Below the pieces are notes generated by a model, which worked only from the letters and a program-made list of their open reading frames with translations, searched no databases and was not told where the DNA came from. The position numbers were made by a program, and so were the translations under genes. Positions 1 through 11,100 of a stretch of DNA of 64,000 nucleotides are shown here, one piece after another; the stretch's first letter is position 1; every line of letters begins with the position of its first letter. Source of the stretch: Carcharhinus amblyrhynchos (lineage: Eukaryota); NCBI GenBank assembly GCA_965287045.1, contig OZ336872.1, positions 136,152,001 through 136,216,000 on the forward strand. Direction: 5' to 3'.

Positions 1-136
1 AGAATTTAGGGATATCGGGATAATGTAAGAAGGTGATGCTGAGGTAGAAGATAAGCCATGATATGATTTTACTGAATGACAGAAAGACGCAAAGGGCTAA
101 ATGGTCTACCCAGCTCCTATTTCTTAAGCTCCTATG
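1..136 (+). mobile_element. Degenerate CR1-type LINE 3' end
   Basis: Resembles CR1 3' UTRs elsewhere in the window (gatcagccatgat...gctcctatttctt). Confidence 0.6.
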
Positions 137-204
137 AAACAACAGAGGAATGGAAATGTGTGATCAGTTTTTAGGGAGATGGAAAAGACTACACACGGTT
201 CTCT

Positions 205-342
205 AGATGTGTTCATGCAGTACAGTTCAAGCAAGACATTCCTACTTTTCCACTCCATCCCTCTTGGAATAAAAATCAACATTCCATTTGCCCTCCAAAC
301 TACTTGCTGTACCTGCATGCTGAAATTTGTAATTCATGTCCA
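205..342 (-). mobile_element. Degenerate CR1 ORF2 fragment
   Basis: ORF 124..318 QVQQVVWRANGMLIFIPRGMEWKSRNVLLELY matches the CR1 peptide in ORF 7214..7948. Confidence 0.8.
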
Positions 343-449
343 AGGACAAAATGGAAAAGGTTCAATAGATTGAATGACCTCCTTGTGTATGATACAATTT
401 CTTGATTCCACAAATGACTTATGTTATTACCCTGCACAATATCCCTAAA

Positions 450-916
450 TAGAATCACAGAAATCCTTTAGTGCAAACGAAACTATTCAGCCCATTGAGT
501 CTGCACTAACTCGCTGGCATGGTGTATTATCTCGGCCCTCTCCCCTACTCTATCTCCATAACCCCACATTTCCCATGGCTAATCCAACTAACCACAGTAA
601 AAAGTCTGACAACACCAGGTTTAAGTCCAACCGATTTAATTGACAGTAAACTCACAAGCTTTCGGGGTTAGTCCCTTCGTCACCTGAAATAAATCGGTTG
701 GACTTAAACCTGGAGTTGTCAGACTTTTTACTGTGTTTACCCCAGTCCAACGCCGGCATATCCACATCATAATCCAACTAACATCCACATCTTTGGATTG
801 TGGGAGGAAACCACGCAGACACAGGGAAAATGTGGAAACTCCACACAAACAGTCACCGAAGATCAGAATCCAGGTTTCTAGACAGATCACGGTGGCAACA
901 GTGCTAACTACATGCT
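450..916 (-). mobile_element. HE1-like V-SINE, interrupted by a Penelope-like insertion
   Basis: Reverse complement has the V-domain-like TGTGTGGAGTTT..TGTCTGCGTGG TTTCCTCCCACA.TCCAAAGATGTG and a CR1-like tail ending TCTGTGATTCT. Confidence 0.7.
593..769. mobile_element. Short Penelope-like (PLE pLTR) insertion with inverted arms
   Basis: Approx. 45-bp inverted arms (CACAGTAAAAAGTCTGACAAC... / ...GTTGTCAGACTTTTTACTGTG); 13-bp TSD TAATCCAACTAAC at 580-592 and 770-782; same tail as 1301-1717. Confidence 0.75.
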
Positions 917-921
917 GTCTC

Positions 922-1287
922 ATTTTTTTTCTTTTGTCATTTGTCAGACATGGGCATCACTGGCTGGCCAGCATTTATTGCCCATCCCTCGTTGCCTGAG
1001 AGCAGTTGAGAGTCAACCATATTGCTGTGGCTCTGAGTCACATGTAGGTCAGACCAGGTAGGAATAGCAGATTGCTTTCCCTAAAGGACATTAATGAACC
1101 AGATGGGTTTTTCCAACAATTGACAATGGTTTCATGGTCATCAGTAGATTCTTAATTCTGGAAATTTTTTATTGAATTCAAATTCCAGCATCTAATGTGG
1201 TGGGATTCAAACCCGGGGCCCCAGAATATCAGTTGAGTTTCTGGATTAATAGCCTAGCGATAATACCACTAGGCCATCACCTCTCCT
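922..1287 (-). mobile_element. tRNA-derived shark SINE (SacSINE1-like)
   Basis: Reverse complement has A box TGGCCTAGTGG, B box GGTTTGAATCC, 3' GGATGGGCAATAAATGCTGGCC and an A-rich tail. Family name recalled from memory, not searched. Confidence 0.75.
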
Positions 1288-1349
1288 GGATGCATATATT
1301 AAAAAGTCTGACAACACCAGGTTTTAGTCCAACTGATTTATTTGATAAT

Positions 1350-1391
1350 ACTCACAAGCTTTCGAGGGGACTGCCTCTTCGTCAGGTGAAT
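1350..1391 (-). ncRNA. Minimal type I hammerhead-ribozyme-like motif (PLE type), sense to the host pre-mRNA
   Basis: Reverse complement reads ATTCAC-CTGACGA-a-GAGG cagtcc CCTC-GAAA-GC-TT-GTGAGT. Confidence 0.65.
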
Positions 1392-1587
1392 GGAGAGTTC
1401 TGGCCTCAGACAGAGCATATAAAGCACAGACAGTTTAGAGATTACTGATTAAAATGCGAATCCTTACACCTAACCTGCTGTTCAAGACCTGAAGTGGCTG
1501 ACAATGTGAGTGGAAGGAGCACTGATCACAGGTTATTGGTGTATTGTCTCCAGACAGTACAGTAAGTGAGGTTGGCTAGAACTCTCC

Positions 1588-1629
1588 ATTCACCTGACGA
1601 AGAGGCAGTTCCCTCGAAAGCTTGTGAGT
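1588..1629 (+). ncRNA. Minimal type I hammerhead-ribozyme-like motif (PLE type)
   Basis: ATTCAC-CTGACGA-a-GAGG cagttc CCTC-GAAA-GC-TT-GTGAGT: stem I, core, stem II and a palindromic minimal stem III. Confidence 0.65.
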
Positions 1630-1785
1630 ATTATCAAATAAATCGGTTGGACTAAAACCTGGTGTTGTCAGACTTTTTACCATGTTTACGCCAGTCCAAC
1701 GCCGGCATTCCCACATCATGCATATATTAAACCATATTTATGGTTTAATATATGCCTATGATGAACAGCTGTCATTATACATTAG

Positions 1786-1911
1786 GGGCAGGATTTTCCA
1801 TCTGTGCTCACCCCAAGACTGGAAAATCTCACCCAAGGTCAATGAACCTTTCCATGCTTGTCCCCCAGCCACTACAATTCTCAGGGCAGGCTGGACAAGA
1901 AAATTCTGTCC
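1786..1911. mobile_element. Short MITE, possibly PIF/Harbinger-like
   Basis: Imperfect 14-bp TIRs GGGCAGGATTTTCC / AGAAAATTCTGTCC (3 mismatches), flanked by 3-bp TAG duplication. Confidence 0.55.
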
Positions 1912-2005
1912 TAGGAATGAAAAGCTACTATTTTGAAAACATTTAAAAATAAATATAAATACACACTTGTGTTAAAGATTTACTCGCTATGTCTTCAGGA
2001 CCTAC

Positions 2006-2183
2006 CACACATGCCGCAGAGCAGCCCAGCATACGTAGATGGTACAGACACATCAACATGGTGGATGCCATCAAACCTCACCATCAGGCCAAAATCAGTC
2101 TCCAGTAAAACATAGGCACCACTCATCCGCACTACCAAGAGATTTTTAACTGATATGGGCAGGTTTACTCTATTTCCATTCAG
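2006..2183 (-). CDS. Exon, second half of non-repeated downstream VWD (LNGNRVNLP...FDG...CGMCG)
   Basis: Acceptor CCTTAG|CTG, donor G|GTAGGT; 178 nt, phase 0-1; VWD motifs. Missed by the ORF track. Confidence 0.88.
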
Positions 2184-5100
2184 CTAAGGAGAGAAAAATA
2201 TACTTACTGTTTACATAAATAACAAGTCAATATGCCTCATTCATACAATTAAATCAAAGAATCAACTATCATCACACAAGCAATTTAATCTCAAACTTAG
2301 ATCAGCAATTAGATTATCATTTCTAGAAAATGTTATCCAGGATTTTGTTAAGTATTTATTATACAATTTATTTATTTTCTTTATACTTCGTAGTGCACAA
2401 CCTAGATTCCTTAAACTATGAACATTTTGTATTTAATAAAATGAGTTGCTTTGGATATAAAACTGATATCATGCCTTCCTGGCAATGGCAGGTACTTGAA
2501 CTGAACTTGTTGGATCACTGGAACGCCCTGATTATATCATCATTCTGTCATGTACTTCATCAGATCTGGTGCAGAAATACTGCAATTTAAAATGGAATAT
2601 TGGAATTAATATGCAATAAACTGTGCAAATAAATCATTCATTGTCGCATTGTGTTTCCCAACTTGTTTCCATGAACCTTACTCTAAATCAATTAAAGTGG
2701 CCCCCAAAACAAATGCAATGCTATTTACTTTTTTAAGGTTAAACATGGTTTCATATTCCAGCTATGAGAAGATTATGATGGTTAGCATCTTAAATTAATA
2801 CAACTGCTTTATATCTGCTTTCCTGTCTCCTCCAGCCCTCTTCACAACACTAGCCCAGAGATACAACAAAAAATGCAAATTCTGACTCTACTAGCACATT
2901 GTTTCATTGCATCGCTGAACAAGATCGAAGGCAGACCCTGCACCGATCTGTGAAGAAACAAAGATAATACAGGGTAAACTCACATACCAGAACTTTATGA
3001 TTTTTCATGATTGAAAGGGTGTTGTTGTGGACAAGCACATGTACAGACTTCACCCAGGATACTTTGGTGTTGGTACCTCTGTGTTCATTGGTAGTTGATA
3101 CTTCAAAGTAAGGGGGCACTGAAGAGTCACTGCATAATTTGGACAATACATACGTGCATGTTCCCATGAAGTGGTGAACACGTGTGTCGTAAGTATTGTA
3201 GTGTGGATCTCCAGAAGCACTGCATATACCACGACCTTCACAGAAAATCAGCCAGTTAATTGGAGTTATTTACCATTCTGTTAAGTAGCTGTCATCATTT
3301 ATAATTTGCAATCGACACTTTTTGGCCCATAGGATATATCAGCAGTTTATGATTGGAAAGAAACAAACCATTCACAAAACTGTCTTGTGGAATATTCTTT
3401 TTTCCATTACTTTGCTCCTTTATACTCCCTTATACATTTCTTGAAGACTTTGACTCACTGTTATGGTAAATTCCCGCTGGCAGGAGTACTCCATAATATC
3501 TGGGCCAAACAGTTACTCTTTATATATGAACCTCAGTGATGAATGTTGGCAACTTAAACACACATGCAACAATTTTAGTCAAAGTTGAGTGCTTCTGGTC
3601 TTATCCAGTGAAGCCATTGAAGGAAGACCATGCTACGAACATAATGGTTCCCTATCAAAGACGGAGGCATAGAAATGCATTTCTCAAATATTAATATTTA
3701 GAATTATTAATTATAGTTCTTTAACTTTTATTGGTGACCAATGTCAAGACTGTTAATTTGGTTTGGTCATGCATTCAACATTTTCATTTGCTGAGCTCAT
3801 AACACAGAGAAGAATAAACACGGGGTGAGATCTAGCAGCCCTGTTTGCTGCAGGTGTAAATCCCATTGTGGATGCCAAATCACGTGAGGTCAAGTGAATA
3901 TTACAGATCTTGGTTTCAGATTTTCCCTGTGTCCCGCCAGAAATGGCATGAACTTAACTTGCATGATTTTAAATAAATTTTTATACTATTAAACAGCTTT
4001 ACACAATAGTGTTGCCTCTCTGGCACGTGACATCATGCCAGCACGAATCACGACAGGTCTTCACAAATAAAAACCAGTCATAATGACCATACGGGGTGCT
4101 CAGAGATACATTATGGTCCTGGGTTTGAAGTCTAAGACTGGACACTGCCCCCTGGCACACAGGTAGTGCCAGGAGGCACATGAAGGGGGGGGGGGTGGGG
4201 GGTCGCTCTGGCAGAAACGTAACCCTCTTCAGTGGTTGAGGTGGAGTAACCTAACCCTCCATCAAGGGGATGGGTTCCCTTACATGTTGTGGGAATAAAA
4301 GGGGAGAGCACTGATGGCTGCAAGGGTGGGGGATAGTTGGTAGAGTCCCAATGACAGCAAGGGAGAGTGGCCCCCAGTACTTCAGTGGAAGGAAAGGGGT
4401 CCCCAACGCTTGTAGAGATGTTATTTGCTGTCCATGGAGAGATTGGGAGAACCGATTATAAAACTTTAAAGATGGTGCCCTGATCCCACGAGAACTTGCC
4501 TTGCTGGGTCTATTAGGCTCCACCCCATCAGAGTGATGGCATTAACCATGTTCCCTGATTTTGTGCATTAAATGCCAAAAGATCTGGTCTGAAAATTTTT
4601 CTGTGTCAATAGAAAGAAACATGGACTTTTTCAGTTAGACCCAGACATTTAGCCATTTTTGGGAACATTCCACCCGTAGAAACAAACAGGGAAAATTGTG
4701 AGGACAATGCTCAATGTCAAGATATGCAAGATAGTTAAAAGTGTAACCTTCAGACTATTTACCAACTTTTAGTAAAACGAGTTGATCCCAACAAGATGTG
4801 TGCAAAGCATATGAAATTGAAGGATTATTCCCAAGTGACCAACCACCATGATACATAAATGATTAAATAAAATCAGTTTTTCCAGAAATTAACATAATCA
4901 TTTGTTTGGCTAAAGTAATAACATTAAAATTTCAACTTGCAACCCACCATTAATGAGACTGCAATAAGAATTGAAGTAAATGATATTGTAGAATACTGAA
5001 ACCCTACTACAATCCCGCCTACGTCAGAATTAATTTCTGGTAACAAGACCCATCATCATTTCTAAAAAATAAAAATGACATCTGTGATATTTTGACTCAA

Positions 5101-8100
5101 TTGATCAAAACTGATTAAATGGTTAATACAAATATAGGATAGGTGAAAAAGTAGCAATCTCTAATTATCTACTAGCAACTCAAAGTAAATGAGACTTGAA
5201 TAATAGCACAATCAATATCCCACATCACATGTCGGCTGCTTTCATTTACCTGTTGTGTCAGGAGTCAAGGTGCTGGTTGTAGTTGGAGTGCTCATAGTGG
5301 CTGTTATATCACACATGTCTGCAGAGAAAACATGGTTAAAAAGTCAGAAGAATCTCCAAGTTATAAACAAATCAAGTCAACTTTGCACACTCACCCAATG
5401 TGGAAAATGAAAAAGGACAACACATTATGACGAGACATACAGCAGTTTGTCTTTAGCAAACAGGGTCAAGGAGAATCCCAAGGCTTTTTATGCACATATT
5501 AGGAGCAGGAGGGTAGCAACAGAAAGAGTAGGCTCACTCAAGGACAATGGAGGGAAGTTATGTGTGGAAATGGGTGAAATCCTTAATGAGTACTTTGCAT
5601 TGGTATTCACCAAGGAGAAGGACATCATGGATGTTGAGGTCAAAGATAGGTATGTGAATGATCGAGACTACGTCACTATATCAAAGTAGGAAATATTGAA
5701 TATCCTAAATTGCATTAAGATAGACAAGTCTCTAGGACCAGAGGAGATGTATCCCTGCGGGAGGCAAGGGGAGAAATAGCTGGTGCTTTAACAAATATCT
5801 TCACATCCTCTTTGACCATAGCCAATGTTGTTCCCTTGTTTAAGAAAGGAAGCAGAGATAATCCAGCAAATTATTGGCCGGTGAGTCTGACATCAGTAGT
5901 GGGGAAGCTTTTGGAGAAGATGCAGGATTATGCACATTTGGAGGAAAACAAATTTGTTAGTGACAGGCAGCTTTTTGTTCAAAGAAGGTCATGTCTCACC
6001 AACTTGATTAAGTTTTTTGAACAGGTGGCAAAAAACATTGACGAGGGAAGGGCTGTGGGTGTCATTTATATGGACTTTAGTAAGGTGCTTGACAAAGTCG
6101 CACATGGCAGACTGGTACAAAAACTAAAATCACATGGGATTCAGGCTGGGCTGGCTGAATGGATACAGAACTGGCTTGGTTATAGAAGGCAAAGAGGAAC
6201 GGTGGAAGGGTGTTTTTCAGAATGGAGATCTGTAGTGATATAAAGCAGAAGTGGTCCGCTCTTTGAGAGCTAACTCTGAAATAACCGAAGAGGAGCACGT
6301 CGCCTTATAATCTGTAAATAGAGTATGTGTGAACTTCAGCAATTTCTCGTGATTAAATACAAAATAAATCCCTGATACTCACATTAACATGTAACAATTT
6401 ATTTATCTAACTAACAGTGAGCAAATTAACTTAACTATTAACAAACTGAATAAATCCCTTCAAACTATTAACTATTCCCAAATAAAACAATATTCTAATG
6501 GTATGCTATTCAAATAAATACAAATCCCACTCATTAACAAGAATAGAATTTAGTCTTCTTTGTTACCTTTGCTATCTAGATGGTGCTTTCTCAGAGACAT
6601 AGATGAAGCTATGAGAGACAGCATTTTTTTTTTCTCTCTCTCTGTCTCTCCAGAGCTGAAAACAAAGCCTAGAGCTATTAGCTCTGGCAGTAGCTCTATT
6701 TCTTTGTTCCACTGTTCCACTGTTCCACTTCTTTAAACCCACGGTGACATATCAATATTTTCCACAATAGGATTGGTCCTCTGTTGTCAAAACCATCAGA
6801 TTTAAATTTAATATGTGGAGTGCCGCAGGGATCGGTGCTGGGGTCTCAGCTATTTACCACTTATATAGATGATCTGGAGGAGGGGGCTGATCTGAGGGTG
6901 ACGAAATTTGCTGATGGCCCGAAGATGAGTGGAAAAGCAAATTGCGTGGAGGGTGTGGAAAGTCTGCAGGGGGATCTGGATAGGCTAAGCGAGTGGGTGA
7001 GAACCTGGCAGATGGAGTATAATGTTAGCGAGTGTGAGGTTATCCACTTTGGCAGAAATAATAGTAGGAGGGATTACTATTTAAAGGGCGAAAAGCTGCA
7101 GCATGCTATGGTGCAGAGGGACCGAGGCATCCTTGTGCACGAGTCGCAAAAACCCAGTCTGCAGGTGCAGCAGGTGATCAAGAAGGCTGGGCGAATGGGC
7201 CAGGAAATGGCAAATGGAATTTAATGTTGGCAAGTGTGAGGTGGTCCACTTTGGTAGGAAGAATGGTAGGAAGGACTATTACATACGTGGCGAAAAACTG
7301 CAGCAGGCGACGGTGCAGAGGGACCTCGGGGTCCTTGTGCATGAGTCGCAAAAACCCAGCCTGCAGGTGCAGCAGGTGGTCAGGAAGGTGAATGGGATGC
7401 TGGCCTTCATAGCGAAGGGGATTGAATATAAAAGTAGGGAGGTCTTGCTGCAGCTGTATAGGGCATTGGTGAGGCCGCAGCTGGAGTACTGTGTGCAGTT
7501 TTGGGCGCCGCACCTGCGCAAAGATATTTTGGCCTTGGAGGGAGTGCAGAGGAGGTTTACTAGGCTGATACCGGAGTTGAGGGGGTTGAGCTATGAGGAG
7601 AGGCTGAATAAACTAGGCTTGTACTCGTTGGAGTTTAGAAGAATGAGGGGAGATCTCATTGAGACGTATAAGATGATGAATGGGATGGATAGGATAGAGG
7701 TGGAGAGACTCTTCCCGCTCAAAAAAGACAGTAGGACTAGGGGGCACAGCCTCAAGATAAAGGGGGGGCGTTTTAGAACGGAGTTGAGGAGGAACTTCTT
7801 CACTCAAAGGGTGGTGAATCTCTGGAATTCTCTACCCGTTGAAGTGGTGGAGGCTGCCTCGCTAAATATTTTCAAGAAGCGGGTTGATGGGTTTTTGATA
7901 AGAGAGGGGATTAAGGGTTATGGGGAGAGGGCCGGAAAGTGGAACTGAGCCACGACAGATCAGCCATGATCTTATTGAATGGCGGGGCAGGCTCGAAGGG
8001 CCAGATGGCCTACTCCTGCTCCTATTTCTTATGTTCTTATGTTCTTATGGAATGCTGGCGTTTACAGCGAGGGGGATAGAAGATAAAAGTAGGGAGGTCT

Positions 8101-11100
8101 TGCTGCAACTGTACAGGGTAATGGTGAGGCCACAGCTGGAGTACTGCGTGCAGTTTTGGTCGCCGCACTTGCACAAGGATATATTGGCCTTAGAGGGAGT
8201 GCAGAGGAGGTTCACTAGGCTGATACCGGAGATGAGGGGGTTGGACTATGAAGAGAGACTAAATAGACTGGGTCCGTATTCGTTGGAGTTTAGAAGGATG
8301 AGGGGAGATCTTATAGAGACGTATAAGATAATGAAGGGGATGGATAGGGTAGAGGTAGAGAGATTCTTCCCACTTAGAAAGGATAGCAGGACTAGAGTGC
8401 ACAGCCTCAAGATAAGGGAAGGGCAGTTTAGATTGGAGTTGAGGAGGAACTTCTTCACTCAAAGGGTTGTGAATCTCTGGAATTCTCTGCCCGTTGAAGT
8501 GGTGGCGGCGACCTCGCTAAATATATTTAAGTCACGGGTAGATAGGTTTTTGATAGACGAGGGAATTAAGGGTTATGGGGAGAAAGTGGGAAAGTGGAAC
8601 TGATCCACTTCAGATCAGCCATGATCTTGTTGAATGGTGGGGCAGGCTCGAAGGGCTAGATGGCCTTCACCTGCTCCTATTTCTTATGTTCTTATGTTCT
8701 TAATAGGTTTTTGGTATCTAAGTGCCTGGTTCAAATTGATTGGCTAAATTCAAAAGTCTGTTGTCTTGGAAAAACTGCTGCTTGGCCTTTTGATGTTAAT
8801 GTTTCAATTTATTTCTCTGTGTACTTGCTGTTTAAGTCTTTCAGCACAGAAAAAGCGCCATCTTTTAACAGGACCATGTTATGCTTTCTCCCCTAGCATT
8901 TTACAATTTTACAAATAATCTATACAACTTTGTAACAGCAGCTAGTGGTGTTCCGCAGAGATCAGTGCTGGGATGTCTGTTGTTTGTAGTATATATAAAT
9001 GATCTGGAGGAAAATGTGGATGCTTTGATTAGTAAGTTTGCAGATGACACGAAGATTGGTGGAGTTGCTGATAGTGCTAAGGATTGTCAGAGGATACAAC
9101 AGGATATAGATAGATTGGAGACTTGGGCACAAAAACGGCTGATGGAGTTTAATCCGGACAAATTAAATTTAGGTATGAATTATATTGCAAATGGCAGAAC
9201 CCTTAAGAACATTAACTTTGAAGGATCTGGGAGTGCAGGTTCACAGTTCCCTAAAAGTGTCAACGACAGTGGCCATGGTGATTAAGAAGGTATATGGCTT
9301 GTTTGCCTTCATTAGCTGGGGTATTGAGTACAGGAGTTGGGAAATCATGTTGCAGTTATTTAAAACCTTGGTTAAGTCTCATTTGGAGTATTGCGTGCAG
9401 TTCTGGTGAACACACTACCACAAGCATGTGGAAGCTTTGGAGATAGTGCAAAGAACCTCCAAATTCTATGGAGATGCTGCCTGGCTTTGAGAGTGTTAGC
9501 TGTAAGGAGAGTTTGAATAAAAAAGGATTGCTTTCACTGAAAAGATGGATGCTGAGGGGAGGCCTCACAGAGGAATTAAAATTATGAGAGGCATAGACAT
9601 GGTGGATAGTCAGCGTCATTTTCTAAGGTAGAAAATGTCAATTACAAGGAGTCACAAGTTCAAAGTGTTAGGGGGAGGGTTTAAAGGAAATGTGTGGGGG
9701 ATGTTTTTCGTACAGAGTAGTGGGTGCCTGGACCGCACTGCCAGAAGATGTGGTAGAAGCAGGCATATTCTCAACACTTAAGACAGCATTGTGATAGGTA
9801 TGCGAGTAAGTAAGGAATACAGGGATACTGACAGAGTAAGGGTAGATTTTTGTTTTAGTCAGGGTATCCTGACTGTTCCCTGCGGAACACCACTAACTGC
9901 TGTTACAAAGTTGTATAGATTATTTGTAAAATTGTAAAATGCTTGGGGAGAAAGCATAACATGGTCCTGTTAAAAGATGGTGCTTTTGCTATGCTTAAAG
10001 ATTTAAACAGCAAGTAAACAGAGACCCAAACTGAAACATTAATATCAAAAGGCCAAGCAGCAGTTTTTCCAAGACAACAGGCTTTTGAATTTAGCCAATC
10101 AATTTGAACCAGGCACGAAGATACCAAAAACCTATTAAATTTAAATCTGATGGTTTTGACAACATAGGGCCAATCCCATTGTGGAAAGGGTTCCCTGATC
10201 CTGTGCTATACTTTTCTTTGTTATTTGTTCCAAATACCAAAACAAAGACCAGTGCTGGACAGAGAGAGGTTGTTTTCTCTGTCTGGTAAAACACAAACGC
10301 AGGAGCACAATCTCAGGGTAAGGTGTCAAACTTACAGATTGTAATGAGAAGAATTTTTCTCATACTTGGAATTGTGAATCTTGCAGATTCTCCATTCACA
10401 AATGCCATAAATTTGAAATCGTTGAGCACATTTCAATCACGGATGAAAGGATTTTGGAAATCTCAGAGAATATAGGGACCTGTGGAGCAGCTTGGAAAGT
10501 AGAGCGGAGGCAGAAGATCAGACACAATCACATTTAATGGACTAGTTGGATCAAGGGGCAGCATAATCTGCTCCTGCTCCAATTCATTAAGATCTCATCT
10601 TCATCAATGTTTAAGTCACATACCCAATGAATCACAATATATATCATATATCAGAAAACTAGACATGTCTACAAACCTCCACAACATCCAGTATGAAAGG
10701 AGATGTCATCCACAGCAATGTCACTGCGATAGTCATTGCCCCGGACTGCTTCAATGAGGATCTGTAAGAGAAAGCATCAAAATATCAGCACGCAGCAGAT
10801 AGCAACAGCAAGTCAAACAAAACAATTTCAGATCTCCTTTTCAGTAACACTGGGGAACAGGGTAAATAATCAATTCATTATTTTCTTGATACAACCACAG
10901 TTATCTCCTCTGATTTAAAATTAACAAGTTCAACTTTATTTGAAGATATAGAATCTTTATTGGATTTCCGGCTGTTGTTGCAAATTGCCCGAGTTCATCA
11001 CATAACAAACACCAAAAACAATCACACAAATATTTTTCAGATAGTTTACCTGAGAATTTCCTGAGAGCTGCAGGCCCACTTCTCCTGCGATCCATTTGTT

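Larger units (their letters stand above)
1301..1717. mobile_element. Penelope-like (PLE pLTR) insertion with approx. 104-bp inverted arms
   Basis: 1301-1404 is inverted at about 1574-1678; approx. 14-bp TSD ATGCATATATTAAA at 1290-1303 and 1718-1731; hammerhead cores in both arms. Confidence 0.8.
6231..8937 (-). mobile_element. Putative solo LTR (approx. 815 bp; 6231-6812 + 8705-8937) inserted in CR1 A and split by CR1 B
   Basis: TGT...ACA termini. On the minus strand: CCAAT boxes, TTTAAA, then AATAAA about 170 bp before the end. No convincing TSD. Confidence 0.6.
5438..10230 (+). mobile_element. Old 5'-truncated CR1 LINE 'A' (pieces about 5438-6230, 8938-9872, 10188-10230), host of nested insertions
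   Basis: ORF2/RT peptides ([52 protein letters not shown]) with frameshifts; (TCTTTGT)-like tail at about 10212-10230. Absent from the paralogous introns. Confidence 0.9.

Noticed and set aside
6705-6729. (TGTTCCAC)3 short tandem repeat
   Set aside because: Simple slippage repeat within the LTR-like element; no spacers, not CRISPR-like.
7214-8603. Long plus-strand ORFs (244 and 227 aa) as host genes
   Set aside because: 5'-truncated CR1 ORF2 C-termini; the 227-aa ORF is a chance read-through from the CR1 C UTR into CR1 B.
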